A stretch of DNA of 64,000 nt from Candidatus Poribacteria bacterium. Lineage in GTDB: Bacteria; Poribacteria; WGA-4E; WGA-3G. A program made the position numbers and the translations under genes. The notes under the pieces are model-generated. The model searched no databases, was not told the origin of the DNA, and saw nothing but the letters and a program-made list of their open reading frames with translations. The DNA is taken from positions 1 to 64,000 of the forward strand of contig CBDBFU010000030.1 of assembly GCA_965205025.1 (NCBI GenBank), given 5' to 3'. Shown here one piece after another: positions 50,088-61,800 of the stretch; the stretch's first letter is position 1; every line of letters starts with the position of its first letter.

Positions 50088-51257
50088 ATGGCAGAACGAA
50101 TTAAAATGGGTTTAGTCGGTTGTGGTGGTATGTCCGGCGCACATATGAACGGGTATCGTGAGTTATGGAACAATGACCTAAAGGAATACGATATTGTCGC
50201 AGCATGTGATATAGATAAGAATAGAGCAGAAGAACGTGCAAATCAAGCACATGAGTTTCAAGGTGGAACAAAGCCATCTGTTTATACTGAAATTGATGAA
50301 ATGCTTGATAAACATCCTGATATGGATTGTATAGATATCTGTGCGCTTCATAGTGCTCATCATGTTCTTGCTGTACCAGCACTTGAAGCAGGTAAACATG
50401 TCATCTTAGAAAAACCTTTTGGTATTACGATGCGCGCTTGTAAAATAATGATGGAGGCGGCCGAACGGAACAATAGGATTATATCGGTTGCTGAAAATTA
50501 TCGTTTAGGACATATGGAACGGACCCGTAGTTGGGTAATTGCCCAAGGACGTATCGGTGACCCTCGTATGTTCTTCTGGATTGATGTAGGCGAGGCATTA
50601 GGTAAATGGGGTTGGCGGAATTTCAAAATGGATGCAGGTGGTGGATGGGCATTAGATGGTGGGGTGCATTTTACTGATCTAATGCGTTATATCCTTGGCT
50701 TGGAAGCAGAAGAGGTCTATGCTATAAATAAGGCTTATGAACCCTATCGTTACGATAATCCTGGAGCACGTGAAGGCGGTTATTCTGTTGATGTAGAAGA
50801 CGCAATGATATCTACGATTAAGTTTGAACAAGGTGTTACTGCCCAATGGACATGGGTTGGTTCCGCACCTGCACACGGTTTCGGACAAAAGGTTATTTAC
50901 GGGAGCGAAGGAGCACTTGATTGGGGAAGAGGGTTAGTTCCACGCGGTGGTGAACCAATTTCTAATGATGATTTAAGGAAGGAATTCAGTGATAGTTTAA
51001 CTGATGAGGAAAGGGAATATTTTTTTCCTTCAGGAATCGGAAATTCGGTTGCAATTGAACTAAAATACTTCGCTGATGCAATCAAAACTGGTGGAAAACC
51101 AGAGGTGGATGCAGTGGAAGGGATGAAGTCTGAAGCAATCTGTATGGCAGCCTATGAATCTGGTTATTTCGGACGACCTGTAACAATCGCTGAGATCGAA
51201 AGTTGTGAGTTGGAAGGTTATCAGAAGGAAATCAATGATAAGTTAGGTATAGAATAA
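50088..51257 (+). CDS. Gfo/Idh/MocA oxidoreductase
   Basis: AAGGAGG then ATG at 50088; GLVGCGG, GKHV.LEKP, DGGVHFTD. Confidence 0.9.
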   Translation: MAERIKMGLVGCGGMSGAHMNGYRELWNNDLKEYDIVAACDIDKNRAEERANQAHEFQGGTKPSVYTEIDEMLDKHPDMDCIDICALHSAHHVLAVPALEAGKHVILEKPFGITMRACKIMMEAAERNNRIISVAENYRLGHMERTRSWVIAQGRIGDPRMFFWIDVGEALGKWGWRNFKMDAGGGWALDGGVHFTDLMRYILGLEAEEVYAINKAYEPYRYDNPGAREGGYSVDVEDAMISTIKFEQGVTAQWTWVGSAPAHGFGQKVIYGSEGALDWGRGLVPRGGEPISNDDLRKEFSDSLTDEEREYFFPSGIGNSVAIELKYFADAIKTGGKPEVDAVEGMKSEAICMAAYESGYFGRPVTIAEIESCELEGYQKEINDKLGIE

Positions 51258-51334
51258 GTTTTCCGATTTCTTGACACCTAAATTGTCATTTCTATATTTA
51301 GCTAACAATCTCATATAAGAGAATAGCAAATTCG

Positions 51335-51369
51335 ATAGATAGGCGCGCTATCTTAGCGCGCCTATCTAT
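51335..51369. repeat. Perfect 16-bp-stem hairpin (REP-like or terminator)
   Basis: atagataggcgcgcta-tct-tagcgcgcctatctat. Confidence 0.8.
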
Positions 51370-51465
51370 TAGAGTTTACTGTTAATTTTCTTCTATAATT
51401 CTTACTTAAACTACGGTCAAATCTAAGAATATACATATATTAAACAAAGCTATAAGGAGACTTGC

Positions 51466-52161
51466 GTGAGGATGGTTGTATCGCAATTATCTCTATTCGG
51501 GATAATTGCTGCTATTTTCATGTTATCTTTTTCTGAGAATATATACGCTTTCGAAGAAAGAAACATAATTTCAAATCAACAAAGGATAGGACGAAGTCCA
51601 AAGAAACTTCTCGGTAGACGAAAAGGGTTTGTTTTTGGAATTGGTGCAGGTGTTGGGAATGTCACATATACCGCTCCTCTTGCGAGGTATTGGGGGAGTA
51701 GCTATACAGGCAATTGGCCAGATCCACGGGAGATTAGATCAGCATTTGTAACTGAATTAAAAGTTGGTCATGGTTTTTCAGACCAATTTCTTCTATATTA
51801 TTCAAGTCGTATCACATGGTTGCCATTGTCAAATCTCTACAACGATACAATGATTGTTAATGGAATGGCTGGTTTGGGAATGATGCTTTATCCGTTGCGA
51901 AGTGCAGATTTTTATCTGGTTGGATCTACAGGACTTGCTGTGTTGACAACATATCAACCACCATTCAGATTAGAAAGGGCAAGACAGACTGGACTTGCGG
52001 TATCGTGCGGATTAGGTTATGAGCTTTTGCCACAACTTACAATTGATTTTTCCGTATATTTTGGCAATGCAAAAAATACACAATTTGATGTAGAGAACAA
52101 TATAACCCTTACAGATGAGATAGTCACTTATCTGTTGACTGTAAACCTACTTGCTTATTAG
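51466..52161 (+). CDS. Probable outer-membrane beta-barrel protein
   Basis: Signal peptide, alternating beta strands (FGIGAGVG, GLGYE), terminal aromatic residue. Confidence 0.65.
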   Translation: MRMVVSQLSLFGIIAAIFMLSFSENIYAFEERNIISNQQRIGRSPKKLLGRRKGFVFGIGAGVGNVTYTAPLARYWGSSYTGNWPDPREIRSAFVTELKVGHGFSDQFLLYYSSRITWLPLSNLYNDTMIVNGMAGLGMMLYPLRSADFYLVGSTGLAVLTTYQPPFRLERARQTGLAVSCGLGYELLPQLTIDFSVYFGNAKNTQFDVENNITLTDEIVTYLLTVNLLAY

Positions 52162-52819
52162 ACATCCGAAAATAATGTCCGATTTCAAGACACATACTTT
52201 TATACTAATACTGTTTTCAATAATTGTAATCACATTTGTTAGTGGCTGTGGAGACTTAAGCGATGAGGAGAAAATTGATCGAATCCGATTCACTGAATTT
52301 TTACTGTTTCCTACAGCTCCCTATATAGATCAATCTTACATTGAGGTAGAATCAGAAGGTGATGTGTCATCTATCGAAATTGATGCTGCTGTAGAAATTC
52401 AAGCTATTCAAGAGGTTTATAATGCCTTCATTAATGCTTATGTACAAGAAGATATGGCAGAACTTATTAACACACTGGATACTGCAGCAGGAATGGAGTA
52501 CGGTACTTCAAGTGTCATTATTCACGGATGGAACAATATTAAGAACTATATTGAGGTTAATTGGACTGGACAATGGGGAACAGATTGTATAGCTGATCCA
52601 AATTCACAACTCACAGATTTTCATATTCGTCCAAAAAATGTCAAAGTTCCCTGGATGGAAGCAAGTGCTAAAGGACCAATGTTCTATTACCATCCAGATA
52701 GACCAGTATGTTATCAGGATATAGGAGAATATTACTTTACAAAAAAGTCAGGAAACTGGCGGATTCACCAGGTTGACGGTTCAAAGTTTTTCACCGACTC
52801 AAGATACAAAGTTCCATAG
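52151..52819 (+). CDS. Lipoprotein with NTF2/SnoaL-like domain
   Basis: Lipobox VSGC; IQEVYNAFINAY..ED...L; K..GNWRI. Confidence 0.65.
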   Translation: MLIRHPKIMSDFKTHTFILILFSIIVITFVSGCGDLSDEEKIDRIRFTEFLLFPTAPYIDQSYIEVESEGDVSSIEIDAAVEIQAIQEVYNAFINAYVQEDMAELINTLDTAAGMEYGTSSVIIHGWNNIKNYIEVNWTGQWGTDCIADPNSQLTDFHIRPKNVKVPWMEASAKGPMFYYHPDRPVCYQDIGEYYFTKKSGNWRIHQVDGSKFFTDSRYKVP

Positions 52820-52864
52820 TGATTAGTAATTACAAAGTAAGCGTAATCCATAAGGAAAAAGACA

Positions 52865-54217
52865 ATGTCAAAATCTACAGATATACAGATTGTTGATGTT
52901 CAGTTTGAATTCGAAGAGCATCAATATAGAACACCTCTCAAATTCGGAGGTGTTCCTACAGATCATTGTATTCTCTTTAATGTCAGTCTACAAGTGCAGA
53001 CTCGCGATGGTAAAGAGGCACAAGGAAAAGGTTCTATGCCACTTGGGAATGTTTGGGCATTTCCACCACGATACGTTCCGTTTGATCAAAGTCTCAATGC
53101 AATGATAAGACTTGCAGAATTAGCAGTAGACAACACACTTGAATGCACACTATGTGCACACCCGCTTGAACTCTCCGATGAACTTGAACCAATCTTTTTA
53201 CAAACAGCGGCTGATTTGTCGGAGTCAATGCAGCTTGCAACACCAATACCTAAGCTTTGTACTGTTGTAACTACGAGTCCTATTGATGCTGCGATACACG
53301 ATGCTTTTGGAAAAGCAAATGGCATTAACAGTTACAACGGATTGGATATGGATTACATTCAATCAGATTTATCACACTTCTTAAATGAAGAATTTTCAGG
53401 CAAATATCTTGATCAGTATACAACGCGACATCCAAAACCTAATATGCCGATTTATCACCTTGTAGGTGCTTTGGATCCACTTACAGAAGCAGATATTGAC
53501 GAACGACTTGACGATGGTCTGCCAGAGACACTACCAGAATGGATTCAAGCCGACGGCTTGACGCATCTGAAGATTAAGTTAAATGGAGATGATTTGGAGT
53601 GGGATGTTGCCCGTGTTCTGGCGATTGATCAAGTGACTGCAGAAACACAAGCCAAAAGAGGGGTTCAAACATGGAATTATTCTGCTGACTTTAACGAGAC
53701 ATGTAAGGATGTGGAGTATCTACTGGATTTCCTTAATCGGATACAAGAGACAGAAGCACAAGCCTTTGAACGACTTGCATATATCGAACAACCTACTGAT
53801 CGCGATCTGGAGTCTCATCCTGAAAACAAAATGCATAAAGCTGCAGAAATTAAACCTGTTGTAATAGACGAATCTTTGACTGATTTTGAAACACTATTAT
53901 TGGCACGTGATCAAGGATATTCCGGTGTTGCACTTAAGGCATGTAAAGGGCAATCACAAGCACTTCTGATGGGGGCAGCTGCACAGGAATTCGATATGTT
54001 TTTGGCGGTCCAAGATTTGACTTGTCCGGGTGCTTCTTTCCTACATTCTGCTGGACTTGCCGCGCGTATACGCGGGGTGACTGCTATTGAAGGAAATGCA
54101 CGTCAATTTTGTCCGGGTGCGAATGATGAGTGGAAAGAGGAATACCCATCAATTTTTAATATCAATGATGGCACTGTAGGGACACAAATACTCACCGGTC
54201 CAGGACTGGGTCATTAA
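52865..54217 (+). CDS. Enolase superfamily (mandelate racemase/MLE-like) protein
   Basis: IDAAIHDA.GK, KIKL, DFNE, IEQP, IDES, ALKACK, GPGLG. Confidence 0.85.
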   Translation: MSKSTDIQIVDVQFEFEEHQYRTPLKFGGVPTDHCILFNVSLQVQTRDGKEAQGKGSMPLGNVWAFPPRYVPFDQSLNAMIRLAELAVDNTLECTLCAHPLELSDELEPIFLQTAADLSESMQLATPIPKLCTVVTTSPIDAAIHDAFGKANGINSYNGLDMDYIQSDLSHFLNEEFSGKYLDQYTTRHPKPNMPIYHLVGALDPLTEADIDERLDDGLPETLPEWIQADGLTHLKIKLNGDDLEWDVARVLAIDQVTAETQAKRGVQTWNYSADFNETCKDVEYLLDFLNRIQETEAQAFERLAYIEQPTDRDLESHPENKMHKAAEIKPVVIDESLTDFETLLLARDQGYSGVALKACKGQSQALLMGAAAQEFDMFLAVQDLTCPGASFLHSAGLAARIRGVTAIEGNARQFCPGANDEWKEEYPSIFNINDGTVGTQILTGPGLGH

Positions 54218-54395
54218 CATTTTCCGATATCGTGCCAAACGAAAGCATACACAAGCATCACAGGCACGGCTCCAACTCGCAGGTTGGAATATCTACATTA
54301 CAAATTTTGGAACGGATCAACTTACTGCTGAACAGATATGTGTCATTGCGCGGATTCAATGGCAGATCGAATTGATATCTAAACAATGAAAATAC

Positions 54396-54423
54396 TTGCA
54401 TCTTTTAACATATTTGATATAAT
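54396..54423 (+). promoter_or_regulatory. Sigma70-type promoter of the Mo-hydroxylase operon
   Basis: TTGCAT-N16-TATAAT with extended TG. Confidence 0.55.
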
Positions 54424-54470
54424 CAAATTAGTAAATACAGTTTAATAAATATCAAGTATGAAAGGAGATT

Positions 54471-55355
54471 TTGCCTATGCAAGCATTTGAATACATTGAT
54501 GCTAAAACGGTATCAGAAGCAATCACATTGCTTGGTGAAAAAGGTGACAAAGCCGGACTGCTCTCTGGTGGGACGGACCTTATTGTACAAGCAAGGGAAG
54601 GTAAAAAGAATTTAGAATGGATTATAGATATAAAATCCATACCCGAAGTCAACGAATTAACCTATGACTCGAACTCTGGATTAACACTTGGTGCAGCGGT
54701 ACCGTGTTATCAAATCTATGCTGTTGATACAATTTGTGATGCTTATCCCAGTTTAATAGACGCAACCAAAATTATTGGTGGTACTGCTATTCAAGGACGC
54801 GCGGGTATAGGAGGAAACTTATGTAATGCCTCACCTGCAGCAGATGGTATCCCACCCCTGATCGTATTAAACGCTACTTGTGTAATCGCCGGTCCAAACG
54901 GTGAACGTGAATTAGCAGTTGAAGATTTCTGTACTGCTCCTGGACAAACTGCACTTGAAAAAGGTGAAATGCTTGTTTCTCTAAAGATTCCTGCACCACC
55001 AAAGAATTCCAGTTCCTTCTATCTCAGATTTATACCACGTAATGAGATGGACATTGCTGTTGTTGGTGCTGGTGCATCTGTCGTATTAGATGAAACAAAA
55101 CAACGTATTGTTTCTGCGCGTATTGCTCTTGCTGCTGTTGCTCCCACACCTTTATTTGCTGAAGAAGCCAGCTTACTCCTTGCAGACAAAGAGGTATCAG
55201 AGGATGTAATTGAGGAAGCCGCACAAGCCGCACAATCTATCGCACGTCCAATTAGCGATATGCGAGGAACTGCAGAACAACGCACACACCTTGTCGGTGT
55301 ATTGACTCGGCGCGCTCTCAACGGAGCAATCCAAAGAGTAATAGACGCTGCGTAA
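54471..55355 (+). CDS. Xanthine dehydrogenase/CoxM-family FAD-binding subunit
   Basis: GGTDL, GGNLCNASPAAD, RIAL.AVAPTP, PISD.RG. Confidence 0.92.
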   Translation: MPMQAFEYIDAKTVSEAITLLGEKGDKAGLLSGGTDLIVQAREGKKNLEWIIDIKSIPEVNELTYDSNSGLTLGAAVPCYQIYAVDTICDAYPSLIDATKIIGGTAIQGRAGIGGNLCNASPAADGIPPLIVLNATCVIAGPNGERELAVEDFCTAPGQTALEKGEMLVSLKIPAPPKNSSSFYLRFIPRNEMDIAVVGAGASVVLDETKQRIVSARIALAAVAPTPLFAEEASLLLADKEVSEDVIEEAAQAAQSIARPISDMRGTAEQRTHLVGVLTRRALNGAIQRVIDAA

Positions 55356-55452
55356 TAAACATTTCACTGAAATATCTCAAGAAATTGAAAACTCAAAATC
55401 TATCTGAAGGAATACTTACCGGTCTTACAAAACGCGAAAGGAAATCAAAATT

Positions 55453-55926
55453 ATGGCGAAAAAATCGCACGTTCAAACCACAATCAACGGCGAATCGGTG
55501 GAATTCCTCTGTGAACCACGGCAAAGTCTACTCGAAGTACTCAGAGATGAACTCCACCTCACTGGTGCAAAAGAGGGATGTAATAACGGGAATTGTGGTG
55601 CATGTAGTGTCATTCTCGATGGCAGACTTGTCAATTCATGCCTTGTTCTTGGCGTCGAAATTGAAGGACAATCTGTTGAAACTATTGAAGGTCTCGCGGA
55701 ACCTGACAAACTACATCCAATTCAAGATGCTTTCCTCGAAAACGCAGCGCTTCAGTGTGGTATCTGCACTCCCGGTTTCATATTGAGTGCAAAAGCCTTA
55801 CTTGACAACAATCCTAACCCAACTGAGCATGAAGTTCGATACTGGTTGGCTGGTAATTTATGCCGCTGTACCGGTTATGATAAAATCGTACGTGCTGTAC
55901 TTGATGCAGCCGAAGCTACAGAATAG
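55453..55926 (+). CDS. Xanthine dehydrogenase/CoxS-family 2Fe-2S subunit
   Basis: GCNNGNCGAC...SC, QCGICTPG, GNLCRCTGY. Confidence 0.95.
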   Translation: MAKKSHVQTTINGESVEFLCEPRQSLLEVLRDELHLTGAKEGCNNGNCGACSVILDGRLVNSCLVLGVEIEGQSVETIEGLAEPDKLHPIQDAFLENAALQCGICTPGFILSAKALLDNNPNPTEHEVRYWLAGNLCRCTGYDKIVRAVLDAAEATE

Positions 55927-55935
55927 GAGCTCCTT

Positions 55936-58191
55936 ATGACTGAAAACAAAGATTATAAAGTTATCGGAACCCGTCCCATCCGTCACGACGGTGTAGACAA
56001 AGTCACCGGTAGGGCGATATATGGGGCGGATTTTCAGATCACTGGACTCCTGCACGGTAGAGTGCTCCGGAGTCCACACGCACACGCAAACATTCTTTCA
56101 ATTGACACATCACGTGCTGAAGCACTTCCCGGTGTGAAAGGTATCGTCACAGCAAGTGATTTACCTGCTGCTGAAGACAAAATGACGGATCTCGGTGAAG
56201 GTGCTGTTAGTCTAAAATACCTCTGTGATAACATTTTAGCCAGCGACAAAGCACTTTATAGAGGTCATGCCATTGCTGCTGTCGCTGCGACAAGTCCACA
56301 TATTGCCGAAGAAGCCTGCCAACTCATTGATGTTGACTATGAAGTTCTCACTCCTGTCATGGAGGTGCGTCAAGCAATGGAATCAGACGCTCCTTTACTG
56401 CACGAAGGGCTAAAAACATCATCACTCGGTGAAACATCCGAAGAATCCAGTAATGTTGCAAGCCATATCCAACATAAAAAAGGTGATATTGATAAAGGAT
56501 TTGCTGACGCAGATATCGTTATAGAACGTGAATTTGTTACGGGTACAGTTCATCAAGGTTATATTGAACCTCATAATGCAACTGCACATTACAATCAAGA
56601 TGGTCACTTAACAGTCTGGTGTAGTACACAAGGTGCATTTACTGTACGAGAACAGCTTGCTGAAATTCTTCAATATCCAATTTCAAAAATCAAGGTTGTT
56701 CCGTTGGAAATTGGCGGTGGATTCGGTGGTAAAATTAACGTATACATCAAACCTGTTGCTGCCCTACTTGCAAAGAAAACGGGGAAACCTGTTAAAGTGC
56801 TCATGAACCGCGCAGATGTGTTTGAAGGTACAGGTCCTACACCCGCCTCATTTATCACAGTTAAAATGGGGGCTACGAAAGATGGAAAAATCACCGCAGC
56901 CCAAACATCTATGGCTTTTGAAGCAGGCGCATATCCCGGTTCACCTGTTGGTGCTGGAGCAATGTGTATTTTCGCTCCTTACAACATTGATAACGTCCTC
57001 ATTGATGGCTACGATGTTGTTGTTAACAAACCGAAAAGTGCTCCCTACCGTGCACCGGGTGCTACCAATGCAGCGTTCGGTTCAGAAACCGTGATTGACG
57101 AACTTGCTGAAGAACTAAATATTGATGCGTTGGAGCTTCGTCTTATGAACGGTGCAAAAGAGGGAGACCATCGCGCAGATGGACCTGTTTATCCCCGTAT
57201 CGGTTTCATTGAAACACTGGAAGCAGCGAAGGAACATCCACATTATAGTTCCGAAAACGGTAAAAAACATCACGGTCGTGGAATCGCTTCTGGGTTCTGG
57301 TTTAATATCGGTTTAGAATCAAGTGTTACAATTAACGTCAATCCTGATGGCACTATAAACCTTGTGGAAGGTTCCACAGATATAGGTGGCACCCGTGCAT
57401 CCATTGCCATGCAGGCAGCCGAGGTATTGGGTATTCCTGCGGAATCCGTGAACCCCTCCGTGGTTGACACGAATTCTATCGGTTATACTGCTGTAACAGG
57501 TGGTAGTCGAACAACCTTCGCTACCGGTTATGCTGCCTATGAAGCTGCACAAGATGTTAAAAATCAGATGATCGAACGCGCAGCAAAACTTTGGGATGTT
57601 GATGAAGCTAACGTCCAGTTTGCTGATGGAGAATTCTCCAGTATCAACGGCAAAGAGGAACAGATTAGTTTCCGAGATCTCTCAGCAAGACTCAGTGAAA
57701 CTGGCGGTCCTGTTGTCGGCAGAGCCGCAGTGGATCCTCCTGGTGCTGGCGGTGCATTTGCTACGCATGTTGTTGATGTTGAAGTAGATGTTGAAACGGG
57801 TAAAGTTGAAATACTACGATATACCGCAACACAAGATGCAGGAAAAGCGATACATCCGAGTTACGTTGAAGGACAGATCCAAGGGGGTGTGGTACAAGGT
57901 ATCGGTTGGGCATTAAACGAAGAGTACATTTATAATGAAGAAGGAACAATGACCAATGCAAGTTTCCTTGATTACCGCATGCCAACCTGTTTAGATCTAC
58001 CCATGATTGATGCAGTTATCGTAGAAGTGCCTAACCCAGGACATCCCTATGGTGTACGCGGTGTAGGAGAAGTTCCGATTGTTCCCCCTCCTGCTGCAAT
58101 TGCTAACGCTATTTACGATGCTGTTGGTGTAAGGATGGATGAACTTCCCATGTCGCCTGATCGACTCTTAAAAGCAATGGGTAAAATCTAA
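55936..58191 (+). CDS. Xanthine dehydrogenase-family molybdopterin-binding subunit (not form I CoxL)
   Basis: GGGFGGK, active-site loop PYRAPG (not AYRCSFR), GGSR, VEGQIQGG, RGVGE. Confidence 0.92.
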   Translation: MTENKDYKVIGTRPIRHDGVDKVTGRAIYGADFQITGLLHGRVLRSPHAHANILSIDTSRAEALPGVKGIVTASDLPAAEDKMTDLGEGAVSLKYLCDNILASDKALYRGHAIAAVAATSPHIAEEACQLIDVDYEVLTPVMEVRQAMESDAPLLHEGLKTSSLGETSEESSNVASHIQHKKGDIDKGFADADIVIEREFVTGTVHQGYIEPHNATAHYNQDGHLTVWCSTQGAFTVREQLAEILQYPISKIKVVPLEIGGGFGGKINVYIKPVAALLAKKTGKPVKVLMNRADVFEGTGPTPASFITVKMGATKDGKITAAQTSMAFEAGAYPGSPVGAGAMCIFAPYNIDNVLIDGYDVVVNKPKSAPYRAPGATNAAFGSETVIDELAEELNIDALELRLMNGAKEGDHRADGPVYPRIGFIETLEAAKEHPHYSSENGKKHHGRGIASGFWFNIGLESSVTINVNPDGTINLVEGSTDIGGTRASIAMQAAEVLGIPAESVNPSVVDTNSIGYTAVTGGSRTTFATGYAAYEAAQDVKNQMIERAAKLWDVDEANVQFADGEFSSINGKEEQISFRDLSARLSETGGPVVGRAAVDPPGAGGAFATHVVDVEVDVETGKVEILRYTATQDAGKAIHPSYVEGQIQGGVVQGIGWALNEEYIYNEEGTMTNASFLDYRMPTCLDLPMIDAVIVEVPNPGHPYGVRGVGEVPIVPPPAAIANAIYDAVGVRMDELPMSPDRLLKAMGKI

Positions 58192-58233
58192 ATCCAATTA
58201 TAGTAAACTTTAGATATAATTAGACACTTTACT

Positions 58234-58277
58234 TGTAGGAGCGACCTCCCGGTCGCGACCAGGAGGTCGCTCCTACA
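58234..58277. repeat. GTAG-headed REP doublet hairpin
   Basis: tgtaggagcgacctcc-cggtcgcgacca-ggaggtcgctcctaca. Confidence 0.85.
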
Positions 58278-58340
58278 GAAGAGGTGTGAGACGCGAACAT
58301 AAGTTGAGCTAATAGAAAATGTAGTATTAATTTTACTACT

Positions 58341-58367
58341 AAGGCGAGGCACAACACCTCGCCTTTT
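58341..58367 (+). terminator. Possible intrinsic terminator
   Basis: aaggcgagg-cacaaca-cctcgcctttt. Confidence 0.5.
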
Positions 58368-58385
58368 CATTAAGAGATATCCACC

Positions 58386-58682
58386 ATGCCTGTTGTTGGT
58401 ATTCCTGCCCTCATGCGAAACCTGACTGATGGTGAAGACAGTGTCACTGTCTCAGGCAGCACTATCCGAGAAGTCATTGAAAACTTGGATAAACGTTATC
58501 CCGGAACAAAAGATAAACTCTGTGATGGGGATCGTATCCGTCCCGGTATCGCTATTTATGTAAACGGTATCCTCATCCGTGCGAATCTGCGTTCACAGAT
58601 TGATGCTGACGCAGAACTCCACTTCCTTCCTGCCATCAGCGGTGGTATTTCATCAAATACTGAAGAACTTGATAAAAGATAA
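58386..58682 (+). CDS. MoaD/ThiS-family ubiquitin-like sulfur carrier with C-terminal extension
   Basis: IP..MR.LT.G, YVNG, LPAISGG followed by 12 extra residues. Confidence 0.85.
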   Translation: MPVVGIPALMRNLTDGEDSVTVSGSTIREVIENLDKRYPGTKDKLCDGDRIRPGIAIYVNGILIRANLRSQIDADAELHFLPAISGGISSNTEELDKR

Positions 58683-58854
58683 CCTTGAAAATTCATAAAC
58701 CTTGAGAATACCTAATCAAAGAACACATTTCTATAGATGTTTATCCCATTAAGAGTTGTTATGCATGTCTTGAAATACTGCACAAACTGGAAGTTTATGC
58801 TACATTAAAGAGACTTTTCTTATTATAAATGGTATAAGTACAGACAGACACAAT

Positions 58855-61800
58855 ATGAATTTTCAAAGACACTGCAACCGTTATCTACAGCAAATACGTC
58901 AAACACAATCCGACCCGAATGCAACCCCTGAACTCTCTCTGCACCCGAACCTCCATGAATTCTTGGAAGATGTCACCAAAGACGTAGAATGTTTTGACAA
59001 ACTCCACATGACATTTACACACGAACCGAGAAGCATTGATCAGATAGGACGGCCAGACTTTATCGTATCAGATGGATTGCTAACCATCGGCTATATTGAA
59101 GCGGAAGCAGACGGTACGGATTTAAACAACCTGACAGGACATGCCAGAGAACAAAATCAACGTTTTATAGAAAATCTTGATAACTTTATCCTTACCAATT
59201 TCGTTGACTTTCAGTTGTGGCGGGATGGACAACTACGCGCATCTGTACATATTGAACATGAAACTGAAAATTTAGAAACACTTTTAGAGCTGTTTCTAAA
59301 CGCTGGGCATGTCCAAATCACCTCTCCAGAGACACTTGCAAAATACCTTGCAAGACGAACACGCGAACTACAAACGCAGATCGCAACGACACTCACCGAT
59401 GAGGACAGTGAAACTTACAGAATGTTCAACGCGTTCAAGGAGACATTGCTCGCGACACTCACCCCTGACGATTTCGCGGATATGTATGCACAAACTCTCA
59501 CGTATGGGTTATTTGCTGCACGCTGCACATTGCCAAATGGTACAAATTTTTCACGGCACACTGCAGTCGGTACACTTCCGAGATCAAACCCGTTCCTCAT
59601 AGAACTCTTTTATCACGTCGCCTCTCCGAGACTTGAGACGAATGTCACGTATATTCTGGATGACATTGCCACGTTGCTTCAAAACGTCTCAACAGAAATG
59701 CTCCGCACCGCTTTCTCAGCAAATAATCATCTTGAAGACCCAGTTATCCATTTTTACGAGACGTTCCTAAAAGAATACAATCCAGAACTCCGCTTTGATC
59801 GTGGAGTTTTTTATACACCGCCACAGGTTATCTCCTACATTGTTCGCTCAGTGGATAGTCTACTTAAAACAGAACTCAACAGACCCGATGGACTTGCAGA
59901 CGATAACACGCTTATCCTTGATCCTGCTACAGGTACGGGTGGATTCCTGTTGTCAGTACTTGACCACATCCGAGAACACGTCACAACCAATTACGGTACA
60001 GGTGATTGGACCCGATATATCAACACGCATCTTGTCAAACGGATCTTTGGGTTTGAACTGCTTGTTGCACCGTATACAATCGCGCATCTGAAGTTGAGCA
60101 TGTTTCTGCAAGCACAAGGATGGAATACGAATGAACGACTGGGAATTTATCTTACCAATGCATTGGAACAACCGGACGAAATGCAAGCACCCTTGCCTTT
60201 TGCTGCGTTTATCACTGACGAAGCGAATGCAGCGCTCGCCGTGAAACGGGACAAACCTATTCTCGCTATCCTCGGTAATCCACCTTATTCACGTCATTCT
60301 GCTAACCCAAGTCGTGATAGTAATGGTGAGTTAACTTTCATCGGCAACCTCATTGAGGATTACAAGCAGGTAGATGGAGAACCACTTGATGAAACAAACC
60401 CAAAAGCACTGCAGGATGACTATGTGAAGTTTATTCGGTGGGCACAGTGGCGAATTGATAAAAACGGTGAAGGGGTACTCGGTTATATTACCAATAATAA
60501 TTTTCTCAACGCTTCTACCGTTCGGGGCATGCGCCAAAACATGTTAGACAGTTTCAACATTATCTATGTCCTCAATTTACACGGTAGTATCATAAAACAA
60601 GAAGATATTCCTGATGGAGAAGAAGACCAAAACGTATTTGAAATAGGGGTCGGTGTTTCTATTCTGCTATGTGTCAAAAAACTTGACAATCCTACACCTG
60701 CAAAGGTATATTACGCAGATATATGGGGAAGTCAAGAAGAGAAATACAGAATACTCTCGGAAACCGATGTACAATCTACGGACTGGTGTGAGTTACACCC
60801 CGAATCTCCCTACTACCTTTTTGTGCCGCAAGGAACAGACAACAGGGCTGAATATGATGATGGATGGAAAATTGATGACATCTTTCAAGTCAGTTCAATT
60901 GGTATTGTCACCGCGCGAGATAAATTAACAATTCATCGAACTGCTGAAGCGGTTCGCGAAACCGTAACCGATTTTGTCTCACTCTCTGTAGAAGAAGCGC
61001 GGGAGAGGTACAAATTACGCCAAGATAATCAGGATTGGCAGGTTCACCGTGCTCAGACTGATCTCCGTAATAATCCCGATGCTGAACAACACATAACGCC
61101 AATTTTCTATCGTCCATTTGACACACACTGGACCTACTATACCGGAAATTCGCGCGGATTTCATTGTAGACCTCGACCAGAAGTAATGCCACATTTGCTC
61201 TCCGAAAACCTCGCCTTATGTGTCTGCCGCATTGTCAAAAGTCCAATATGGCAACATGCTTTGATTATCAATAAGATCACCGAAAATTGTTATATCTCAA
61301 ACACAACCAGTGAATCTGGACATGTATTCCCACTTTACTTGTATCCAAAATCAGAAGGTTTAGGACTTGACACAGAACGTGAACTCAATTTCAAACCCGA
61401 ATTTCTCACAGCACTCTCGGAGGCGTTGGGATTACCGCAGACTGCACCGTTTGGACTTCCTGAAGATGTTACACCAGAGGAAATTCTCGCTTATATATAT
61501 GCTGTGCTTTATAGTTCAACTTACCGTGAACGGTATTATGAGTTTCTAAAATACGATTTTCCGCGTATCCCTTTAACGCAGGATATTGATTACTTCCGCA
61601 AACTCGCAGCGTTAGGGCAGGAATTAATTGATCTGCATCTCATAAAAGATAGGAACATACCGCATCAACATCGGTTTGAGGGTGAAGGGGATGCCGTTGT
61701 CTCAAAGGTTCGTTATGAAGATGGTAGTGTTTGGATTAATGCTACGGAGCATTTTACGAATGTGCCTGTGGAAGTATGGGGATATGAGATTGGGGCGTAT

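Noticed and set aside
55385-55786. 133-aa alternative-frame ORF over the 2Fe-2S gene
   Set aside because: It overlaps a clearly conserved CDS in another frame and has no motifs.
54471-58191. Aerobic CO dehydrogenase (coxMSL)
   Set aside because: Gene order fits, but the active-site loop is PYRAPG rather than AYRCSFR and no cox accessory genes are adjacent.
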